Shown here in pieces: positions 25,924 through 35,162 of a DNA stretch of 64,000 nucleotides. Every line of letters starts with the position of its first letter. Position 1 is the first letter of the stretch. The notes below the pieces were generated by a model. It made no database searches, had not been told where the DNA came from, and worked only from the letters and a program-made list of their open reading frames with translations. The position numbers and the translations under genes were made by a program. The DNA is from an uncultured Candidatus Saccharibacteria bacterium (GTDB taxonomy: Bacteria > Patescibacteriota > Saccharimonadia > Saccharimonadales > JAGQNJ01): positions 116,295 through 180,294 of the forward strand of contig OZ246406.1 in the NCBI GenBank assembly GCA_965231045.1, written 5' to 3'.

Positions 25924-27098
25924 TTACTAAACCAGTCAGTTAACCTAGACCACAAACTCTGAGAGTTACCTGGTACGATTGCTGGCTGTTTATCGTTACC
26001 TACGGCAGTGCTTGCAGTGTTACCGCTTGGATCTGGCGATATTTGCTCACCTACTACAACTAAACGATTCAAAGATGTCCCTGGTGGATCACAAGTAATT
26101 AAGGTCGCAGTGGCTATTTTATCCGTAGCGCCAAGGACAGAAACATCGTTAGGTTTAACGATTTTTTTCTCATAAATTTTATAAACGTATTGCTTACTAT
26201 CTTTGGTAAGCGAGAAAGTATCGCCCACTTCCATACGATTTAATAGTACGAAGGCAAACTTATACTTACCTTTGTTGAATATGTTGTTACTCGAATGCCC
26301 AACAATAGCAACGTTGCCTTTCTCGCCTGGAGACGGTGTTGTTGGATAGTGAACCACGCCATTTTCAAGTGCGGCATCGATTGCTTTCTCGTCAATTGAA
26401 TTTTGATCATAGACGACGGGTATCTCAACATTAATTTTAGGGATAATAACTTTGGGTTCTGGACCGACAGCGGTTGAATTAGGGTCGATAATAATTGGGG
26501 TTGAGCTAACATTTCGACTCGGTGAAATGAAGGGGGCTACAAAGCGCTCGTTAAAGAACCCAAATAGTAAAATAACCATAGTAATGGCCCCAACGCTAAG
26601 ACCAAATAATATTGATTGCAAGTGGTGTTTTTTGGATAGTTTGCCTCGAGCTCCAACAGTGGTTAGCAGTTGTTTCTTAACATCAGCAACACTTCGTGGG
26701 TCAGATTTGTGCTTAGAAGTTTTACGATGGTGAGCTGGCATAGGTTCAGGTGGTGCTGGTTTGGGTTGCTCTTGAGGCATATGAAGTGAGCGATCGTGTT
26801 CCTGATAGAATTCCTGCCAGACTTCATGTTTTTCTTTGTCCGGCAGGCCAACGTAATAATTGTGCCAGGCAGTTTGGATCTGAGCTAACGACATGCCTGA
26901 TGTACTAAGTTTGTACATATAATCTTGGTGTTTACTACGATGGCGACCAGCTTCTTCGGCTTCTATCTCTTCTTCTTTGGCGTCGGGTTCACTAGCATAA
27001 AGAGTATCCAGTTTAGAGCGAATAATATTGGCTGCTGACTCAGCATTTTTGCTCTCTTCGTCTTGTGGTGTTGATTGTTGATTATTATCAGGTTGCAT
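25920..27098 (-). CDS. Sortase-family transpeptidase with a long disordered N-terminal region
   Basis: One TM segment, His motif NVAIVGHSS, and the catalytic ATLITCDPPG (TLxTC) motif. Confidence 0.85.
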   Translation of the reverse strand: MQPDNNQQSTPQDEESKNAESAANIIRSKLDTLYASEPDAKEEEIEAEEAGRHRSKHQDYMYKLSTSGMSLAQIQTAWHNYYVGLPDKEKHEVWQEFYQEHDRSLHMPQEQPKPAPPEPMPAHHRKTSKHKSDPRSVADVKKQLLTTVGARGKLSKKHHLQSILFGLSVGAITMVILLFGFFNERFVAPFISPSRNVSSTPIIIDPNSTAVGPEPKVIIPKINVEIPVVYDQNSIDEKAIDAALENGVVHYPTTPSPGEKGNVAIVGHSSNNIFNKGKYKFAFVLLNRMEVGDTFSLTKDSKQYVYKIYEKKIVKPNDVSVLGATDKIATATLITCDPPGTSLNRLVVVGEQISPDPSGNTASTAVGNDKQPAIVPGNSQSLWSRLTDWFSN

Positions 27099-27164
27099 GT
27101 TTTTACGCTTAAGCTAGCCTTAACAGATTAAAGTATAGTACAATACGTTGCGTTCTCCTACCCC

Positions 27165-27249
27165 GGGCAAGTGGCGGAACTGGTATACGCGCACGACTCA
27201 AAATCGTGTTCCTCACGGATTGAGGGTTCGATTCCCTCCTTGCCCACCA
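27165..27249 (+). tRNA. tRNA-Leu (anticodon CAA), CCA encoded
   Basis: Acceptor GGGCAAG/CTTGCCC, anticodon stem CACGA/TCGTG with loop CTCAAAA, a long variable arm, T-arm GAGGGTTCGATTCCCTC, discriminator A, then CCA. Confidence 0.92.
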
Positions 27250-27259
27250 ATATATATTT

Positions 27260-27556
27260 ATGAAACATAGATCTTCAAAGATTCGATTTATTTTTACCGG
27301 ACAGAATGTTTCGGGTATGTCTATTGAGGGTATGCAAGACCAGAACCTTGAAACGGATAGATATCATGAATCAGCTAAGCCCCAACTTCCAATCGGTGCA
27401 GACATTCTTGACGGCCCGATACTTGGCTGGCCATCATTGCCTGGTATAGCGACACCTGAAGAAGTGTCAAGATTTAAGAATGCACTTGATATGATGGATG
27501 ATGCGAGTACCCCCACGGCAGAGGACGTGCCTCTTATCCCTCCTTTCCTGCAATAA
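27260..27556 (+). CDS. Hypothetical small protein (doubtful)
   Basis: 98-aa ORF directly after tRNA-Leu. No Shine-Dalgarno sequence is visible. Its 3' end overlaps the convergent gene by 23 nt. Confidence 0.3.
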   Translation: MKHRSSKIRFIFTGQNVSGMSIEGMQDQNLETDRYHESAKPQLPIGADILDGPILGWPSLPGIATPEEVSRFKNALDMMDDASTPTAEDVPLIPPFLQ

Positions 27557-28325
27557 TAGAAGTTGTTAAGGCTTCGAATGGTTTGCTTGGGTTTTGCATC
27601 CACCAGACACAGGCTTGAGCAGCAATTTTGGTACGCCAAATCGACTCAGTATTATGAGTTGTCGAAACCTTACCTTCCACGCTGACAATCAAATCATCAT
27701 TATGCTTGGTGATAATGTAGCCTGGAGCTTGGCTTGTGAACCCGTGAATTAATTCAACATTTTTGGCTAGGCCATGAGCATATTTGATCATGTGATTATT
27801 CATGACTAGTCTTGGCCACATTTTTTGAAGCTGCCCGAAAGCTGGGACAATTAAAGTTTTGTGGCGCGCAAAAAGTTTATCAGGCCAAGCCATAAATGGA
27901 TCTAGGGCATCCTCAGTTATTGCCAGCATCCCAGAATATTTATGTAGGAACTCCTCGATTACAATTGTTGTCTCGCTGTTATGGCCAATATCGCCAGCAA
28001 TTAATACACAATCTGCCCAAGAAGCTTGTTCGAGCCAGCTATCAAGAGCTGTTCGAGCAAAACTGCCGCTCTTATTAGTTGGCGCAAACTCACAGTTTTC
28101 TAAGACACTCCCAATAGTTTTCTTTAATGCATCAGGCAGAAGTACTCGAACAACTCCTGCGCCAGACTTAAGTGCTGACTGATAAGCTGTTGCCGGTGCG
28201 CTGAAGTTATGTTCGTTGCCGCCAATAATTAGGAGTTTTCCAGCGTGGAGTTTATTCTCTGGCCTACTCCATAGCAAGTCACCAAACAGCGGCTCACTAG
28301 CCTGTTTAATCCAATACTTATCCAT
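27534..28325 (-). CDS. YjeF C-terminal-type carbohydrate kinase family protein (NAD(P)H-hydrate dehydratase-like)
   Basis: HAGKLLIIGGNEHNFSAPATAYQSALKSGAGVVRVLLP and ADCVLIAGDIGHNSET match the family layout. I did not see the C-terminal GxGDxL motif, so the protein is divergent. Confidence 0.55.
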   Translation of the reverse strand: MDKYWIKQASEPLFGDLLWSRPENKLHAGKLLIIGGNEHNFSAPATAYQSALKSGAGVVRVLLPDALKKTIGSVLENCEFAPTNKSGSFARTALDSWLEQASWADCVLIAGDIGHNSETTIVIEEFLHKYSGMLAITEDALDPFMAWPDKLFARHKTLIVPAFGQLQKMWPRLVMNNHMIKYAHGLAKNVELIHGFTSQAPGYIITKHNDDLIVSVEGKVSTTHNTESIWRTKIAAQACVWWMQNPSKPFEALTTSIIAGKEG

Positions 28326-28341
28326 GGGAGCAGTATAGCCC

Positions 28342-29496
28342 TTATGCGGCGTTTGAAGCTACTTGTTCGCTTGCACCAAGTTTAATAGGATGTTGTTTTT
28401 CTCCGCTAAATTTAGAGACAAAATGGTCAAAAATCCATCCTCCTTGGCCAAATTGCTTAAAGAATTCATGGGTGTCTAGTTGGCGATGAATGGCTATACG
28501 TGTTGCCATCCAGGCAGCTTCAGATATACCCAAACGCTCTTTGGTTTGTTCCCAGCGCAGATTGTTCTTGCGGTCGCAAAAATCAATAGCGGCACTTACT
28601 CCGTCGCCTACTGGATGACTTAGTGATACGTTCGCAGTTTGTTTTTTCTTATTCCACACTAACTCAGCACCGAATTGCCAGCCAACATTCTCCATTATTT
28701 CGGTGACCTTTTCTATGTCACGTGGGCGAACGCCATGACTAGCTCGAGAAAGATAGCACAAAACTTGAATGAGTGGATGGAACACCGGGATGGTTTCAAT
28801 TTCCATAGTTTCTTTGTTAAGTAATTCCATCTGCCACGTCTCAAAATAGTCTTCTGGTAGCGCCACCATTTGGTCTCCAATAGCTACAAAACGACCACCT
28901 GCAGGATTTTCTAGGCGGTCACTTACCCAGTCTTTTTTAATGTGGTCAATAAAAGAGGTCGAAGTTTGGCGATCATAATAATTCTCTGAGGTGTGTAGAC
29001 CCGTCACGCCAACTTTTAATTTGTTGCCATAGGCAACTTCTAGGGCTGCACGGACACGATCAACATCAGTAACATCTGTTTCGTCCTTAGTATCAATGGC
29101 AAAGACTAACACATCGATGTCGGCTATTGTGCCGTTGTCTTTACGGAATTGGTCTTTATGGATGTCTGTAGGTGGAATAATTCGCCGAGCTTGAATATCA
29201 AATTGGGTACGCTCATCCATCAGTGCTGCTGAGGCACCTCCACCCATCATGACATAGCCAACATCTTCACCAACAGCTGCAAGCACAGTATTATGAAAAC
29301 CCTGAATAATATCAAAATAGTTTTCGCCAGGTTCAAAATGCTGTTCAGGTTTCAGCGCTCTATATAGTGCTATCCCCCCAGCGACAGCAGAAGCTGCAAT
29401 AATCGCATTCCGTGATGCTGGGTGTTCGCTGCTCAACTGCCTCAAAGATTCAATCATATTGTGAACCAATATAAGACTCTTGGTATTCGAACACAA
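28342..29496 (-). CDS. Hypothetical protein, possibly a nucleotidyltransferase fold
   Basis: 384 aa. It contains MGGGASAAL...(~40 aa)...IADIDVLVFAID, resembling G-[GS] then hDhD, but the spacing is atypically long. The start may instead be Met14 (29457). Confidence 0.5.
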   Translation of the reverse strand: MCSNTKSLILVHNMIESLRQLSSEHPASRNAIIAASAVAGGIALYRALKPEQHFEPGENYFDIIQGFHNTVLAAVGEDVGYVMMGGGASAALMDERTQFDIQARRIIPPTDIHKDQFRKDNGTIADIDVLVFAIDTKDETDVTDVDRVRAALEVAYGNKLKVGVTGLHTSENYYDRQTSTSFIDHIKKDWVSDRLENPAGGRFVAIGDQMVALPEDYFETWQMELLNKETMEIETIPVFHPLIQVLCYLSRASHGVRPRDIEKVTEIMENVGWQFGAELVWNKKKQTANVSLSHPVGDGVSAAIDFCDRKNNLRWEQTKERLGISEAAWMATRIAIHRQLDTHEFFKQFGQGGWIFDHFVSKFSGEKQHPIKLGASEQVASNAA

Positions 29497-29505
29497 GCAT
29501 TAGCA

Positions 29506-30225
29506 CTAATCTTCTAGTAAGTATGTACCTTTTTTATTTGTGAGTTTATATACTACGTTTTTGCGCTCAACTACAACATCCCAGCCTTTGGACTTGGCAA
29601 TCTGAAGAAGTTTTTGGCTTGGGTTAAAAGCGATTGGTTTTTCGACAATCTCTAGCATAGAAATATCCCCTTCACTATCACCAACGGCCATACTCCCCTT
29701 TAGGCCCAGGCTGTGTTTCTTCATTAAATCTTGGATAATCTCATGCTTACGCCCGAATGGGGTGACTCGGTTGCCTGTGAATTTGCCATTCTTGCTCTCA
29801 AATTCACTGCCTACGAATTCATCAAATCCGTAATAGTTAGCTACTTTTTCGACTATCACTTTAGGTGACCCAGATATTGCAAAAAGCATGTAGCCTTGCT
29901 TTTTCAGATCTTTTAAAAGCGCTCTGGTGTAGGTATAAACCTGGTCTTTATACTCACTAAATACTTTTTCCGCGGCAGTCTCAAAATCTTCAACCCGAAG
30001 ATCGGTCAAAAGCATATTAAACGTTTCCACCAGTCGATGCTCGTATTCAATGTAGGATTCTTGATGTTTGCGTTGTTTCCAACTCATACGAGCAGCCTTA
30101 ACTGGAGCAAAAGCATCCGTATCGAAACTTCCAAGATCAACCAAGGCGTCACTAAGAGCATGATACAACTGCCAGCGTATCAACGTGCCATCAATATCAA
30201 ACACCGCAAATTTTTTCATAAGCAC
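29506..30225 (-). CDS. HAD-IB family hydrolase (SerB-like)
   Basis: FAVFDIDGTLI is motif I, ISGSP is motif II, and GDSEGDISML is motif IV. Met3 (30219) would give an ATGA overlap with the upstream gene. Confidence 0.8.
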   Translation of the reverse strand: MLMKKFAVFDIDGTLIRWQLYHALSDALVDLGSFDTDAFAPVKAARMSWKQRKHQESYIEYEHRLVETFNMLLTDLRVEDFETAAEKVFSEYKDQVYTYTRALLKDLKKQGYMLFAISGSPKVIVEKVANYYGFDEFVGSEFESKNGKFTGNRVTPFGRKHEIIQDLMKKHSLGLKGSMAVGDSEGDISMLEIVEKPIAFNPSQKLLQIAKSKGWDVVVERKNVVYKLTNKKGTYLLED

Positions 30226-30776
30226 TCTTTAATTATATCCACATACTTATCAGGCTGTTCCCAAATATCGTCATGATCGCCACTGACTTGGTAGTAAGTC
30301 CAATTTTTCTCTTTGGCTAAGGCTTCTACCGCAGAGTTCCTGTTAAATATATCCTGTCGATTATTAATGATAACTATTTTCTTGGCCTGGAGATGATTTA
30401 AGTTATTAACATCTAGCCGCTTAAGCATTTCGAACCAAATAAGTGGATGCCTAAAGAAGTAATAGGAATTAAAGCTTGTCTTTTGAGCCCAGTCTCGGGT
30501 TCGCTGCTGTTTACGATAGGTGTCAAAATCTCGGTAAACTTTTTTACTGATTTTAGCGATCGTAGTTTTTCTTGAGAACATTGGCAGGCCGTTTATAACT
30601 AGTAAGTCGACACTTTTCCTGGCTTTCGGCAGATAAATTCCAGACGAATGAGTTATAAGAATATTTGCCTGTTCGATAGGCGTAACGGCGAACCCGTTAG
30701 TTTCCAGTGAGCTTAGTAATCTGGTTGTGTGCCACTTCCCTTCAGTGAACCCGGGTATTACAGCAATGTTCTTCAT
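30216..30776 (-). CDS. Alpha/beta-hydrolase-like protein (putative)
   Basis: 186 aa. ITHSSG is a nucleophile-elbow-like segment and GDHDD lies near the C-terminus. The assignment is weak. Confidence 0.45.
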   Translation of the reverse strand: MKNIAVIPGFTEGKWHTTRLLSSLETNGFAVTPIEQANILITHSSGIYLPKARKSVDLLVINGLPMFSRKTTIAKISKKVYRDFDTYRKQQRTRDWAQKTSFNSYYFFRHPLIWFEMLKRLDVNNLNHLQAKKIVIINNRQDIFNRNSAVEALAKEKNWTYYQVSGDHDDIWEQPDKYVDIIKECL

Positions 30777-30778
30777 AT

Positions 30779-31576
30779 CTAGATATCTAATTTTATGCTA
30801 ATTGGGCAATGGTCAGAACCCATTTGCTCTGGATAAATTTCGGCCGATTTTACCTGGCTTTTCAAACTTTTTGAGACCAAGAAATAGTCAATGCGCCAAC
30901 CAACATTTCTTGCTCTAGAATTTGCAAAATGACTCCACCATGTATAGAAACCGTTTCCCTGTTTGAACATTCGGAATGTATCAATAAAGCCGGCAGTCAA
31001 CCAATTATCAAAGCCACTTCGCTCTTGTGTCGTAAAACCCTTCTTGCCAACATTTGGTTTTGGATTAGCAAGGTCATCTTCTGTATGGGCGACATTCATA
31101 TCGCCGCAATATATAACTGGTTTTTTCTTTTGTAACTCTGCACAGTACGCAGTCATAGTTTTATCCCACTGCTCACGAAGCGGTATTCGACTAAGGTCAT
31201 CCTTGGCATTAGGGGTGTAGGCTGTTACAACAAAAAACGTATCAAATTCGGCGGTAATTACTCGCCCTTCGTCGTTGCTGTGACCATAAGAATCCTTTGA
31301 CAGACCATTTCCTTTTACTAACTCTTCTGGGATGTCATTTATAACTTTTATAGGTTTGATCTTTGTGAAGATTGCTGTACCACTATAACCCTTTTTTGCT
31401 TTGGACGAATTCCAATACTCTCCATATTCAGGTAAGTCTATCTCAGCTTGTCCCTGCTCGGCCTTGGTTTCCTGCAAACACAAAATATCGGGCTGATACT
31501 TGGCCATAAACTTTTGAAAGTCGCCTTTTCGCACAACAGCTCTGATGCCATTTACGTTCCAAGAGTATATCTTCAT
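30779..31576 (-). CDS. xth: Exodeoxyribonuclease III
   Basis: MKIYSWNVNGIRA...LCLQETK...GDMNVAH...RIDYFLVS...GSDHCPI. Confidence 0.95.
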   Translation of the reverse strand: MKIYSWNVNGIRAVVRKGDFQKFMAKYQPDILCLQETKAEQGQAEIDLPEYGEYWNSSKAKKGYSGTAIFTKIKPIKVINDIPEELVKGNGLSKDSYGHSNDEGRVITAEFDTFFVVTAYTPNAKDDLSRIPLREQWDKTMTAYCAELQKKKPVIYCGDMNVAHTEDDLANPKPNVGKKGFTTQERSGFDNWLTAGFIDTFRMFKQGNGFYTWWSHFANSRARNVGWRIDYFLVSKSLKSQVKSAEIYPEQMGSDHCPISIKLDI

Positions 31577-31629
31577 AAAAATAGTATAGCCTGATTAGTA
31601 TAAAACCTGCTAGACTAGTTATCGAATAT

Positions 31630-32343
31630 ATGGCAACAAAGTACAAGCGAATTCTACTTAAACTTTCTGGAGAACAATTAGCTGGTGAGCACGAGTTTGG
31701 GGTTGACCCAAAAGTCGCTCGTTTTTTGGCTCATGAAATAAAGAAAGTTGTTGATTCTGGCTGCCAAGTAGTTGTTGTAGCGGGCGGTGGTAATATGGTC
31801 CGCGGAGCTGAAATTGCTGGCAATGGAATCCGGCGAGTAACGGCTGATCAAATGGGCATGCTGAGTGGTCTTATGAACGCCATGGCGCTTACTGATATTT
31901 TTGAGAACGAAAAAGTGCCAACTCGCTGCGTTAGCAATGTTTATGCCGAGCAGCTGGCTGAATCATATTCATATCGTTTGGCTGAAAAACACTTAGAAAA
32001 AGGTCGCGTGCTGATTGTCGCTGGTGGCATTGGGCGACCTTACTTTACTCACGACACGGCTGCGATTTCACTTGGGCTTGAGCTTGATTGTGAAGTAGTT
32101 TTAAAAGCCACCAAGGTTGACGGTGTCTATGACAAAGATCCAACTAAACACAGGGATGCTATTAGACATGAGACTCTTGAGTTTCAGCATGCGGTTGAAA
32201 ATCCGCACATCAAAGTTATGGATAAAGCAGCTCTAGGCCTAGGTATGGAACATTCCAAGCCGGTTATTATCTTTGATGGTTTTAAGAAAGATAACCTACT
32301 TAAGATTGTCAAAGGCAAAAACGTCGGCACTCTTATTAGCTAG
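31630..32343 (+). CDS. pyrH: UMP kinase
   Basis: YKRILLKLSGEQLAG...VVVAGGGNMVRG...ATKVDGVYDKDP. Confidence 0.96.
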   Translation: MATKYKRILLKLSGEQLAGEHEFGVDPKVARFLAHEIKKVVDSGCQVVVVAGGGNMVRGAEIAGNGIRRVTADQMGMLSGLMNAMALTDIFENEKVPTRCVSNVYAEQLAESYSYRLAEKHLEKGRVLIVAGGIGRPYFTHDTAAISLGLELDCEVVLKATKVDGVYDKDPTKHRDAIRHETLEFQHAVENPHIKVMDKAALGLGMEHSKPVIIFDGFKKDNLLKIVKGKNVGTLIS

Positions 32344-33913
32344 ATATACTTACTGCGCTGCATGTAACTACATAATTGCCAAACACACGTTGAGGGTAAT
32401 CATCTACTGTAAAGTTAACTTGATGCATGGGTATTTCATTATTGCGACGTAATTCTGCTAATAAGCTCCAGCCAAGTTGTTGGCGAATTTGTATGTCTTT
32501 TTCAACGCCATCTGGCTTATGCCAGCCAACTTGATATATTAGTTTATCATTTTCAGTTTTTGGGAGAACAATGAAGTTGTAATCCGTGGGTTGTAAATGA
32601 TCTTGCCCTGGATAGTTAAGTATCGGGACAGTTCGAAAACTAGTATGTTTAGTAGGGCTGGCATCATCAATTCCAGGGGTCTGAAAGCATTCGGTTGTTA
32701 GTGAATTTGCCTTGGCAATTTCTTTTGGAAACGGTTGCCACCCTATATAGCCTAAATATCGTCTATAGGCTTCAAAATCAGGTTCAACGAGGCTAAATCT
32801 CCTAGAGATTACATCTTGTTTTGCATTCAAGATTGACTTATTTAATACCAGGAGGTTGGTAGCCTTGCCATTTAGGAGACTGGCCCCTGTATCTGCTACA
32901 TCTTCTCTATATGCTGTGCCAGCATAATAGGTTTGAGTAACCCCGTTCTTATTGGCTGTATCCCTGAGTTTGCTATCCTGTGAATAAATAAATCCTCCAG
33001 GGTTATTTTTTGTAAACTCTTGATCAGACTTGCCGTCAGTTTGCCTTTCGGATATATCATCTCCACACTGGTCTTGATGAATTACATGGGTCAGCTCATG
33101 CTTGAAAGCCCAATCAATATTATCTGGGAATGAGGTGTCTAGAATAATATTACGTCCTTTAATCGTTGGTCCAGCCAGGTACCCGCCATCCAAATCCTTG
33201 TCGCCAATTGAAGGAGAATGTGTTAAATATAGATTAAAGCCCTCGAGGTGTTTTAGTAATGACGCAGGTATTTGTGACATACCTATCAATAATTTATCAG
33301 TGCTTTGACGAGCCTCATCGACCGTCAGCAAGTCTACGTTATGGTGCTCACGAATGTCTGCAGTCTGGAGTATCCCGAACTGGGCTTGGGGCAAGTCGCC
33401 TAATTCTACATGTACATTAAACGGTTCCATGCCCTTTTGGAGGACCGCTTGGATGTCGTCTAAACTTTTGGCCTCATCTAACTCTTGCTTAAGAGAGACA
33501 TATCTTTCTTTTTCCATCCCGAAAGACATAGCTGCAACAGTTTCACGAGCCTTATCTAAATTATTTGTATCTTCTGCACTTGGTTCAGCTGCCACTGGGC
33601 AGTCATAACCTTTGGCTTCTGAAACAAATCTCGACCCAAAGCCAAACACCGTCGGGACAACAATGGTAAAAAATGCTGCAGTTTTTGCTAGGCCCCATGC
33701 CGTACGAGAATTCCTAACCCATCTAGGTGTCGGCGGGCTATCATGGTATGAATCAAGATCATTACCAGAAAATTCAGCCATACTTGCATACGTCATCTCG
33801 ACACTTTCAACGATCTGATCGGCTGTAATTACAGATGGTGGCCTATATGATTCAGGACTCTCCCAATTATAAGGCGTACCAGGGTTCTTATGTACGATAT
33901 GTTGAAAACTCAT
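32336..33913 (-). CDS. Membrane-anchored putative zinc metalloprotease (HExxH)
   Basis: 525 aa with one TM segment (AAFFTIVVPTVFGFG). FKHELTHVIHQ contains an HExxH motif. Nothing else is recognisable. Confidence 0.55.
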   Translation of the reverse strand: MSFQHIVHKNPGTPYNWESPESYRPPSVITADQIVESVEMTYASMAEFSGNDLDSYHDSPPTPRWVRNSRTAWGLAKTAAFFTIVVPTVFGFGSRFVSEAKGYDCPVAAEPSAEDTNNLDKARETVAAMSFGMEKERYVSLKQELDEAKSLDDIQAVLQKGMEPFNVHVELGDLPQAQFGILQTADIREHHNVDLLTVDEARQSTDKLLIGMSQIPASLLKHLEGFNLYLTHSPSIGDKDLDGGYLAGPTIKGRNIILDTSFPDNIDWAFKHELTHVIHQDQCGDDISERQTDGKSDQEFTKNNPGGFIYSQDSKLRDTANKNGVTQTYYAGTAYREDVADTGASLLNGKATNLLVLNKSILNAKQDVISRRFSLVEPDFEAYRRYLGYIGWQPFPKEIAKANSLTTECFQTPGIDDASPTKHTSFRTVPILNYPGQDHLQPTDYNFIVLPKTENDKLIYQVGWHKPDGVEKDIQIRQQLGWSLLAELRRNNEIPMHQVNFTVDDYPQRVFGNYVVTCSAVSISS

Positions 33914-33963
33914 CCGGACTATTAAAACACAGAATATCCACTTTAGCTATAAAATGTTATATC

Positions 33964-34076
33964 TGGCGGAGAGAGGGATGGAAGCTGCGCTTCCGCTACG
34001 CGAACGAACCTGGCTCGAACCCTGCTTTCTTCAAGAAGAAAAACAGCCAGACCGGTTGGCCTGACTGTTTCTCTCC
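33964..34076 (-). other. 113-nt tRNA-Ser-flanking element: decayed tandem tRNA copy or att-like scar
   Basis: It starts with GGAGAGA immediately after the tRNA-Ser CCA and ends with ATCCCTCTCTCCGCCA. That end copies the tRNA-Ser 3' end (ATCCCTCTCTCTCCGCCA) minus one TC. The interior does not fold as a cloverleaf. Confidence 0.4.
34031..34067 (-). terminator. Intrinsic terminator-like hairpin downstream of tRNA-Ser
   Basis: On the minus strand, CAGUCAGGCC-AACC-GGUCUGGCUG forms 10 bp (2 of them G-U) and is followed by UUUUUCUUCUU. Confidence 0.5.
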
Positions 34077-34168
34077 TGGCGGAGAGAGAGGGATTCGAAC
34101 CCTCGATGCAAGTTACCTCACATACACGCTTTCCAAGCGTGCTCCTTCAACCACTCGGACACCTCTCC
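34077..34168 (-). tRNA. tRNA-Ser (anticodon GGA), CCA encoded
   Basis: The reverse complement reads GGAGAGG-TG-TCCGAGTGGTTGAAGGA-G-CACGC-TTGGAAA-GCGTG, then a long variable arm, GAGGGTTCGAATCCCTC, TCTCTCC, G and CCA. Confidence 0.93.
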
Positions 34169-34265
34169 TCAATTTGCTTATGGAAAACAGATTAACTATA
34201 GCACGAAAATAATTACAAAAACACCTTGCACCTCTCTTGTAAAGTGAGTATCCTAAGAAGTACGA

Positions 34266-35162
34266 ATGGCATTAATAGAAGTTAACGACGTCAGCAAACT
34301 CTTCGGATTCGGTGACGCTACTACTGTAGCACTCGATGAAGTTAACTTTGTAGTGGAAAAAGGCGAATTTGTCGCAATTATGGGTCCAAGTGGCTCGGGA
34401 AAATCCACACTAATGAATATCATAGGTCTTCTTGATCATCCTAGTCACGGGACATACAAATTAAATGGTCGCTTATCAACAAAGTTTCGAAGTAACCAAC
34501 GTTCAAAATTGCGACGAGATACCATTGGTTTTGTCTTTCAATCATATAATCTACTGCCACGACTAACTGTGGTTGAAAATGTGGCTCTCCCCCTCGCTTA
34601 CAAAGGTATGACGCCAGTTAGACGTCTTAAACGAGCTAGTGAAATTCTACAGCGTGTTGGCCTAGAAGATCGTGAGTACTACTACCCTCGCCAACTTAGT
34701 GGTGGACAAGTTCAACGAGCGGCGATTGCCAGAGCACTTATAAACAATCCGAGTCTAATTATTGCCGACGAACCAACAGGAAATCTTGATAGTTTATCAA
34801 GCCGTGTGGTCATGGAGTTGCTTAGCGAAATACATAAAGCCGGTAACACAATTTTAATGGTGACCCATAATCCAGAGCTCACTCGTTATGCAAATCGTGT
34901 TGTATACATGCATGACGGTGCAATTATTCATGATCAAAAGAGTGCGATTGGTGAAGTGCCACGAGCTATTCGCAAAACCATGTACTTTACTCCAACTACA
35001 AACGAGGATGATCAGCTTGCCGGTATTTCTGCTCTAATGAAAGTAATTCCTGGCGGCGATACTAAAGAAGTCAAAAAAGGCAAAAAATCTAAAACCAGTA
35101 AAAAAACTACAACACGAAAATCACGAGCTAAGCGTGTATCTAAGCAAAAGGCGGCGAAGTAA
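34266..35162 (+). CDS. ABC transporter ATP-binding protein (MacB/LolD/FtsE-like) with a ~70-aa Lys-rich C-terminal tail
   Basis: Walker A GPSGSGKST, signature LSGGQ, Walker B LIIADEPTGNLD. The tail is ...KKGKKSKTSKKTTTRKSRAKRVSKQKAAK. Confidence 0.92.
   Translation: MALIEVNDVSKLFGFGDATTVALDEVNFVVEKGEFVAIMGPSGSGKSTLMNIIGLLDHPSHGTYKLNGRLSTKFRSNQRSKLRRDTIGFVFQSYNLLPRLTVVENVALPLAYKGMTPVRRLKRASEILQRVGLEDREYYYPRQLSGGQVQRAAIARALINNPSLIIADEPTGNLDSLSSRVVMELLSEIHKAGNTILMVTHNPELTRYANRVVYMHDGAIIHDQKSAIGEVPRAIRKTMYFTPTTNEDDQLAGISALMKVIPGGDTKEVKKGKKSKTSKKTTTRKSRAKRVSKQKAAK

Noticed and set aside
33964-34076. The tRNA-Ser-flanking element as small SRP (4.5S) RNA, because of GCGGAAGCGCAGC resembling CCGGAAGGAAGCAGC.
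   Set aside because: The 5' and 3' parts do not form the long helix-5/8 rod, since the GGAA would sit very asymmetrically. The local sequence folds better as a GGAAGC-GCA-GCTTCC triloop hairpin.
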